Positions 55,406 through 64,000 of a stretch of DNA of 64,000 nt are shown piece after piece. The stretch is taken from positions 26,536,001 through 26,600,000 of the forward strand of contig NC_042999.1 of assembly GCF_006345805.1 (NCBI RefSeq), written 5' to 3'. Position 1 is the first letter of the stretch; every line of letters starts with the position of its first letter. The notes under the pieces are model-generated. The model was not told the origin of the DNA. It was given only the letters and a program-made list of their open reading frames with translations, and ran no database searches. The position numbers were made by a program, and so were the translations under genes. The DNA comes from Octopus sinensis. Its lineage: Eukaryota.

Positions 55406-55699
55406 TATATATATATACATATATGTACACATATATAAATTATATGGGTGAATATCTGTATATGCGTACACACATGCACTTATATGTAAGTACATATGGG
55501 ATATGTGAATGTGTATGAGATTGTGTTTCAAGAAATGAAGAGTATAATCGAAAAATAAAAAGAATACATATTGTCTTGATTGTGAAACCATGTTGCCAGA
55601 TAAAACAATCCAAGAACACAAAACAGTTAAAGTTGGGCCAACTAATAGCTAACGGCTGTATGTAATGAAGTAATCAATATTATTATTTGTATAATTTCT

Positions 55700-56010
55700 T
55701 TGCGTTCTGTTGTGTATATTTTCTTCAGTAAATTTATAACCACCTCTTTTCCAATTCAGAATTATTTTATTCAATATATTGCCTTTGCCCTCAATATGCA
55801 AAATAATTCCATTGTAGGTCTTTTCATTGTATTTGGAAAACTCTGTAGTCGATCTATTTTTACGTTCGTCTTTTGTTGATTTTGCTTTCGTAAGTTTTAT
55901 TTAGACGTTTTCATGTATTTAAATTTTTGCTTTGCTTTTCTTATCTCCTCAACATACATATCGCCAAACATAAAGCAACCGCACACGATTTCTGTGGAAT
56001 ATATTAAATT
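55700..56010 (-). mobile_element. Very degraded Naiad-like endonuclease fragment
   Basis: NLIYSTEIV; RKNRSTTEFSKY; NILNK. Confidence 0.35.
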
Positions 56011-56800
56011 CTAATGAGTTTTTTTTTCTTCATAGCTTCTAGACTTAGCATAATTATTAAAGACGGCAGAACATGACTTCCATAATGGATGCTGGGAAGC
56101 AGCTTAATCTGTATGCTGACAAAGCTGCAGATATAATGGTCGTCGACATTCTTGAAGGTTAGGAATGATATAATTCTGTATAGGTGATGCAAATAATATC
56201 CTGCTATCATTTTAGACTATACTGTACTTGTTATATACAGATCTATTTTATCATACACGCATTTCAAAAATATCCATTTTAGTGATAAGTGAAACTGCAG
56301 TGGAAGCGGTACTCTCGACTCAACACCTATAAATATTAAATTGACTCCTGCAGGATTTGAACTCCGACACTAAACATAACGCATAATTTTGCTTCATACT
56401 ATAATGGTTCGGCCAATCCACAACCCAAGATTTTCACAAAATCTGCGAGTAGATATAGTTTTGCGTATATGCTTTTGGTTTCATATTATCCAAAGTGTAT
56501 ATTCCTGTTAACATTAGCATTGTTTTATTGATTAATGTTTCAATTAAGAATCTACATTTTATGGGAACGGAGCCAACATTGTCATTTTGTCCAAATTTGC
56601 TCAATCTTAAATATATACATCCATTACGATGTTACTGTTGACATATCGAAGATATATATATATGTATATATGTATATATATATTCGATATTTCAGCGGTA
56701 ACATCGTAATAACTGTTTATATGTATATATATGTACATATATATATACATATAAATCTATATATATATATACATATGCATCAATACATATACATCTATGC

Positions 56801-56877
<77 letters not shown>

Positions 56878-56881
56878 ATAT

Positions 56882-57010
56882 AAGTTAATCCAAACAAGAA
56901 AGCACAAAAAGACACAACAACGCGAGGAATTGGAACAAATATAATATTATTGGACGCTCAGGGAAGAAGGAAAGAAGGAGGGTTTAACGTTTCGAACGGA
57001 GCTCTTCGTC
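56882..57010 (-). mobile_element. Short PLE terminal-repeat-like element between TA tracts with truncated HHR
   Basis: Minus strand GACGA-a-GAGC tcc GTTC-GAAA-CG-TT-AAA. The 5' part of the core is lost at the TA tract. Confidence 0.6.
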
Positions 57011-57407
57011 ATATATATATATATATATGTATGTCTTTTTACTGTTAATATTTTGTACTGTCTTTACTGTCCTGTTTTTGTTACTATTTTTAACCGTCCG
57101 CAAACAATCTCAAATTTTATTTAGTTTGCCTTTTGCGGGGAGGAATGTTTCAACGAGGTCGTGTCTCGCCTTTACTTTTAAAACGCAGAGAAGATGAAAC
57201 AGAGGCGACTGAAGAAGGGGAATTTTCCTTGTGTTGTATGTCCTGTACCCATATATGCTTGTATATATATATACATGTAGGTGTAGGTACGTACATATAT
57301 GTATGTATATATGCATATGTTTTATTTATTAATTTGTTATTATATGACGGAACGTACGCATCCATTCTAAGTAAGTTTTTTCTTTATATATATATATACA
57401 CATATAT

Positions 57408-57460
<53 letters not shown>

Positions 57461-57518
57461 ATATATATATATACATATATATAAATACATACATATATAT
57501 ATATATTATATATATATA

Positions 57519-57589
<71 letters not shown>

Positions 57590-57879
57590 TATGAAATAAC
57601 TGAACTTTTCTAACCCCACAACAATTTAGGCTAAATTTCGTTAGTCAATTAATAAAATATGATTCTACACTTTGCCTGAGTGACGCAGGTAAAAATTTGT
57701 TCGTCGCAACATATCCTTATCCCATATTTTCTATCTGTGTGTAACATTTGAAGAAAATCAGTTGTAAAGTTTAAAAGTTATGACAGAAAATAATATAAGA
57801 ATTTGCATTGCGATGTCCTATTGATTTTAGATAAATCGATGCTGATTAGAAATTATCGACTTTTTGAAATTCCAAGTCC

Positions 57880-58012
57880 GTAAGCGACCGCATGGGCAAA
57901 GTCCCACATCCGTGTCAAGTTTCATCAAGATCAGTTGCGTAGTCTCGGAGTAGGTAAAGTAACAAATTCACAAATTCAGACACATACACAGCCACAAACC
58001 GAAATTGCCGTT

Positions 58013-58016
<4 letters not shown>
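57880..58016 (-). mobile_element. Helitron-like 5' terminal fragment
   Basis: gtgtcaagtttcatc...tgccgtttatat resembles 48113-48215. Confidence 0.5.
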
Positions 58017-58044
<28 letters not shown>

Positions 58045-58094
58045 TGTATGTATGTATGTATGTATGTATGTCTGTATGTATGTAACGTCTTATT

Positions 58095-60130
58095 AGGGTA
58101 AATGTCCAGACATAAACGCGAATGTTTTGGCGTTCCATAAGAGAATGTTAGCGGCGGTGGGTGGGTAAAGAGAAAGAAAATTAAACAAATACAAAGAGAG
58201 ATAGAGAGAGAGTGCAGGAGGAAAGCAATGATAGTTATAAAGGATAAAACCATGTATATAAGAATATGGTGTGCAAAAATGAGAAGATTGCATTTTACAC
58301 CGTTTATTCCTTTGGAATAAAACCAATGTTGTCTTCAAAACATATGTCGAAAGTAAAAGAATTTTAATAACAACTTCATTCAACTCCATTTATTTACTTA
58401 TACTACACAAATTACTACACATTAACCCGGAGTTTCTACCTTTGAATAGATCGCTTCATCCGTGTTACGTGAGTGAATTTTGCTACCCTGGTAACTGTTT
58501 ATTGAATTTTCCATGTTAACGGTAAACAAAGGATAATTCATTCATCCATTTAAATATATATATAATAGAAAAATACAATATAGTGTTATGGCTAGGGTTA
58601 TAATAAATTATGGCATGCCATATCAGGGCCAGCGCTCCACTTGTGGACTCTGCCTAGAAGAAGTCCTCAAACTTTTAACCCATAACTCACCACAATTGCT
58701 TAACAAAGACAACTAAGCCTTCACAACGTGTATACGCAAATCCTCTCCATTTTAAAATTCTTCCATAAACCCAAATGTAACTTCACCCCAACGCATAGCA
58801 ATCATCTACATACCTCCATGATCATTAATACATACCCCCCCCCCTTGTATATCTCTTCTATCAACCTTAACTTAGCTCTTTATAAGCAAGGTGTCACTTC
58901 TTTAACTTATTTTAAAACCTTAACCCATAAAAATCCACTGATATTTTGCTCTAACTCTTATCCCTAAATAATTTCCCATTCAACTGGTTTCTCCATTCGC
59001 AACTACCTACACACCGATACAAACATACCGAAAGATATTTCTACAGCCACTGACCTTAGCCATAAAACGGACACAAGCCCGACAGACTAGAAGAATACCA
59101 CTGGCACCTACTATTCTCTTTCAATCCCTTTCATTTTACATTTTGTTTATTTTTACGTTATCTTCCTTTAGCTCCTCTGTCCTTATTTACCCATATTTAT
59201 TTATTTATTTATTTATTTACCTTCTTGGTTATTTTTGCACACCATATCTTTATATATAAAAGTAAGGTTGTGTGTCTGTCTACTCCGATTTAGATTCCGA
59301 ACTACTCCCACATTTTGCAGTGCAGTTTAACCAAAACCGGGTATCTTATAGTCGTGATTCATATCGAGCCCTTCTGAGTATTAGCGCGCATCTACAATGA
59401 GTCTACGATTTTAAAAATAATTTACCATCATTTTTTTCCATTTTAATGCATTTTTTTCGCTAAGGGAAGTAACTCTCTAAAAATGTCTACGATGAGTCAA
59501 CGATTTTTTAAAAAATTTACCATCATATTTTTTCCATTTTTAATGCATTGTTTTGCTATTTTTTGGCTATAACTCTCTAAAAATACTTTATAGTTATTTC
59601 CCTTACAAACCCGAGCAACGCCGGGCGACACTGCTAGTCCTTATATACATGATTTTATCCTTTATAACTATCACTGCTTTCCACCTTCACTCTCTCTCTA
59701 TCTCTCTTTGTATCTGTTTAATTTTCTTTCTCTTTACCCAGCCACCTTCGCTACCATTCTCTTACGGAACGCCAAAACATTTGCGTCTATTTCTGGATAA
59801 TTAGGGCGTTACCCTACATGGATTTACACAGCATTACACATAAGGACTTATGAAATAACATCTACACAATCGGAAATTTGAACTGTGTAATGTTCTTCTT
59901 TATTCTTCTATTCTTATTCTTCATATGCTTATTCCTTTTTTCTCGAGGTCTATGTCATCGTTTCATTAATTTATATCCTTCTCGTTTTCACTATTTGTCT
60001 CAGATGATGGAATATTCCATACTTTGGGATATCTGAAAAACAGGTATGAGACTGAGTTTTTCCAATAATAATAACGTATATGACTTGAGATGTTTGTCTT
60101 ACCTTAAAGTTTGTTGTCCTCTTTAGCAAT
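58095..60130 (+). mobile_element. Naiad-like PLE 3' end with upstream inverted duplication
   Basis: Endonuclease C-terminus PYQGQRSTCGLCLEE..LL...LLNK at about 58615-58715. 58100-58285 is an inverted copy of 59225-59246 plus 59638-59800. HHR-like motif at 59997-60052 (GTCT-CAGATGA-stem-GAAA...AGAC). Confidence 0.75.
59247..59637 (+). mobile_element. Short non-autonomous Helitron inserted in the PLE
   Basis: A|TCTTTATATATAAAA ... cccgagcaacgccgggcgacactgCTAG|T. The empty site is visible in the inverted copy at about 58250-58275. Confidence 0.92.
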
Positions 60131-60149
60131 TATACACACACATATATAT

Positions 60150-60194
<45 letters not shown>

Positions 60195-60200
<6 letters not shown>

Positions 60201-60460
60201 AGAGACAGAACAACATTCAACTCAACCAACACTGAAAGGGTTTATACCCACCACTCCATTAAAAATTAAAAATTAAATCTTATAGTAACTGTATCTGTTC
60301 TGAATCCTGTATTTTCCGTTTATAAGACTACACGTGTTTCATGAAAGTACGTCGGTATTGATTAGATACGAGGTATCTATTTTTAATACTTACTCGGGTT
60401 GGCACACACCCAATCTTCAGATCTGGATTCCTCAACATTTTTCACTACCCCTATCTCTTA
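60195..60460 (-). mobile_element. Third copy of the 28945 PLE terminal repeat, between TA tracts
   Basis: Close match to 28945-29140 and to the reverse complement of 30836-31102. Confidence 0.9.
60325..60424 (-). ncRNA. Type I hammerhead with expanded stem II
   Basis: AGAT-CTGAAGA-[about 70 nt structured]-GAAA-CACGTG-TA-GTCT. Confidence 0.65.
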
Positions 60461-60461
60461 C

Positions 60462-60498
<37 letters not shown>

Positions 60499-60556
60499 AA
60501 TATATATATATATCCATGATACTCTATATATGGATATCTATCTATCTATCTATGTA

Positions 60557-60664
<108 letters not shown>

Positions 60665-60665
60665 T

Positions 60666-60697
<32 letters not shown>

Positions 60698-62394
60698 ATA
60701 AACATATATATATATTGGAAAATAGATAGATATACTTATATATATACATATATATATATATGTATAGACAAATAAATACACAATGACAGAAACAGACAGG
60801 CAGGCAAACACACACACAAACGCACGCATATATAATGTATAATCCGCGCATGTATAATCCACTTGCACACACTCCACCCTGTTGTTACTTAACAAGTGCG
60901 AAGTTAATTCTGTTACTTAGTAAAGCAACGAGAAATTATCTTATCTTCAGTTTATATCCTCTATACATGTCCAAAGAATCATTTGACATTAAAATTTTAA
61001 TGACTACTCCAACATATATTCTAATTTAATCATTTATATGTGGATGGCCTTTATTAATTACCTCAAACATACTCTGGTATTAACATGTGATACCATTTCC
61101 TAAATTTTGTGTTGTTATACACATAAACGCATCACGCACGCGCACATACTATTTATAATTAAGAAGACAGATTTGCAACACAACTGAGTTTCGTGCAGGT
61201 TTTGAGCAAGCACTTACTTCACCCTATCCTCGACTGGTACTTATTTCTCAGAGTTTGGAAATATGAAAGTGAACGTCAACTTTAGAAGAAGTTGAACTTA
61301 GCAATTTAAGAGAAGCAAAAATCAGAAACACGACCACAAGTACAGCAATAAATTTCTATAATATACTGCATTCTGCACGCAAAGGATTCTGCCAATGTAC
61401 TAGCTTCTTTTGTATCGTCTTGGAGATTTCCTTTCATCCATATTTCATTTTTCGAGCATATATCTTCATATCGATTAAATATTGAATCTTCTCTAACATT
61501 GAACATATTCATTCCTTTCCACTGTAATAAAATAACTAGTCTTTCCAAAAGCACATTTATCATATGCTGCAGGGTTCAGCCCAGGTGTCAGCATTGCTGA
61601 TATATAGCATTAATTCTTGCTTCTGTTTCATTATTTATCCCTCATGCTCCGGATGCGCCTGCCATACATTTTTCCGAAATCACACAGCATATTTCAACAT
61701 GAGCTAAGTAAATAGTCGGAAAATTCTTTTGGAGCATTCTTGTAGAGAAATCTATTTAGTAGTGACGATCTTGTTCATTTCATACAGAATCGATTTACAT
61801 AACGTCGCTCTGTATCTCTGAGCTTCCTAAGCTATTTCTATATTTGTTTCATTTGCTTTGTGTGATTACATCATGAATGCTGTCGTTTACGTTGCAATAT
61901 TGAACTGTTTTCTCAGCATCCCCACATTAAAAACAAATGCAGGTGATATCTTGTGCAAACCAATTACAGGAGTTAAAAAGTGTTATCTGTTGGAAAAAGA
62001 CAGCATGGAAATATTCCGTATTATGGGAAGAAACATGACTAATATCGAATAGCCTTACTGATACCGATATGATAGTAGATAAAATGCAGTAAATTCAATT
62101 AGATAGACTACATACTTTATACCAGAGTAATTGTGATCAGCTGCTCAAATGAGAAGAAAACAGCATCCTATTCATCACCTCCATAATCATGACCATCATC
62201 TTTATCATTAGCAGCAACAAAGGTAACATGATGACCACCAACACAATGAACATCACAGTGAATAAAACCAACACTATTATCAATACCACCACAACAACCA
62301 AAAGCATTTTCCTCCTCATCGTCATCTTCAGCAGCAGCAGCAGGAGCAGAAGCAATTGAATACGGAGCAGCTGTAGCAGTAGCAGCATTTTATT

Positions 62395-62822
62395 CCTGGC
62401 CTTTATCTCTGGTATAATGGTAGAATATCGTTGAATGACGAAGTGTCTTGTGGTATTTCTCACGCCCTTCTAATATATGGCTTCAAATCGTTCCAAGGTC
62501 AAATTTACTTCTCATCCATTTGCGGCTGATAAAATATAGTACCAGTCAAATGTTGTGGTCGATATAATCGTCTAGCCTCCAACGTTTAAATGGCGGTACT
62601 TCTGCAAAGAGTTGCAACAATTAGCCGGCAGTGTGCTTGCAGAATCTTTAGCATTTCGATACGAAGCAAAGCTACATGTCAACCGACTCTTTGCCTTCTC
62701 AGTTCGATTTCCGATGAGATCGACATCGCCTTTCATTCTTTCGGATGAAGTAATGATTAAGCACTGGGGTCGATATAATCGATTAGCCCTCTCCCCACAT
62801 AGTTCAGGTTTTTGTCTATAGT
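62395..62822 (+). mobile_element. Two degraded family B-like SINEs in tandem
   Basis: ttcaaat...aaggtcaa.ttt.c.t.tcatcc...gtcgatataatcga motifs occur twice. Confidence 0.6.
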
Positions 62823-62826
62823 ATTA

Positions 62827-62859
<33 letters not shown>

Positions 62860-62974
62860 GGTGTTGGTGTTGTTGTTGATGTTGTTGTTGTTGATGTAGT
62901 TTTCCTTGTCAGAGTGCTCAGTTTTGCTTGCTCTTGTAGATTCTGTGAGAGCGGACAGCAACCTGCTGTCAGAG

Positions 62975-64000
62975 GTCTCACAGTGGCAACTCCGCGTATA
63001 GCTGCTACTCTGCTCCCTGGTGGTAGGACTGCACACTCTACGTTTAAGCTTCACCTTAACTTCGCAAGTTCACCAATGTCTGTTTGCAGTATTTCAAGGA
63101 CGCCGGACAACGGACAATTGCTCGCACAATGCCGCCAAATTGTTTGGGATGAATGCACAATGGCTCACAAAGGTGCCCTTGAGGCATTAGATAGAACTTT
63201 GCGAGACGTAAAGGAAAGCCACGAACCGATCGGGGTGTCACTCTCTTGCTATCTGGGGACTTTAGACAAACCTTGCCAGTGATTCCGAAAGGCACAAGGG
63301 CGAATGATGTAATGGCGTATCTTAAGTCTTCACATCTATGGGGTTATGTTGATAATATAAAGTTAGAATCCAGCACGAGAGCGCGCCTCCATGAGGACCC
63401 ATTGTCAGAAGATTTTGCGAGGGACATTCTGCTTCTTGGCAATGGTGAAGTTCCACAGGACGGAAATGAAGATGTTGACATAAGTAACATAAGTAACATA
63501 AGTAGTATCCATATTCTTCAGGACCAGGGCTCCCCAGACCTAGAAGTCCACAACAGAGATCTTGATCTGCTTTGCCAAAGAGCCATTTTCGCTCCTAAAA
63601 ACGTTGCGGTCGGTGCAATCAACAACAACCTCTTACTGCTTTTGCCTGAGGATGAGACAGTCTATAAGTCTATAGACAGCATTCCCAATCTAGATGAGGT
63701 AGTTGATTATCCCACTGAATTTTTGAGTTCCTTGGAGCCTTCAGGTGTACCTCTACATATTCTTACTCTTAAAGTAGGTAGCTCTGTTATGCTGATAAGG
63801 AATATACATCCACTGACGTTGTACAACGGTACACGCCTTGTTATCACCAAATTAATTCCCAGTGTCATTGTAACAACGATTATGACCGTCTGTAGTAAAT
63901 GTCAAGACGAACTAATACCGCGAATTCCCCACGTGCCTTAGGCTGCTGACTTACAGTTCACATTCCGCAGAGTGCAATTTCCGATTAGACTCAGTTACGC
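62975..64000 (+). pseudogene. Helitron RepHel Pif1-family helicase fragment (runs off the window end)
   Basis: IAATLLPGGRTAHSTFKL; IVWDECTMAHK.ALEALDRTLRD; LSGDFRQTLPVIP.GT; RAIFAPKN; YPTEFL.SLEPSGVP.H.L.LKVG..VML.RN; NGTRL; IPRIP; FRRVQFPIRLSY. Frameshift near 63240 and stop at 63939-63941. Confidence 0.93.

Noticed and set aside
63246-63941. Host PIF1 helicase gene
   Set aside because: Intronless, frameshifted, lacks the N-terminus and has Helitron-type motifs, so it is a transposon relic.

Overview
AT-rich, microsatellite-dense animal DNA. The SINE and repeat repertoire suggests an octopus or other cephalopod (inference). No host protein-coding gene can be supported. The window is a mosaic of decayed and nested mobile elements: several Penelope-like retroelements (PLEs; Naiad-, Neptune- and Poseidon-like fragments), R4/Dong-like and RTE LINEs, Tc1, mariner and maT (DD37D) remnants, GG-ended MITEs with 8-bp TSDs, three non-autonomous Helitrons plus a Helitron Pif1-helicase pseudogene, and tRNA-derived SINEs. 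The most notable signal is in predicted RNA structure. About a dozen type I hammerhead ribozyme (HHR) motifs lie in PLE terminal repeats, one with a fully canonical core and two with a greatly expanded stem II. An HDV-like ribozyme fold sits at the RTE 5' end. One Penelope 3' end has a tRNA-like Pol III promoter directly after the endonuclease stop codon, followed by a microsatellite and a hammerhead. All structures and family assignments were made by eye, without alignment or folding software.
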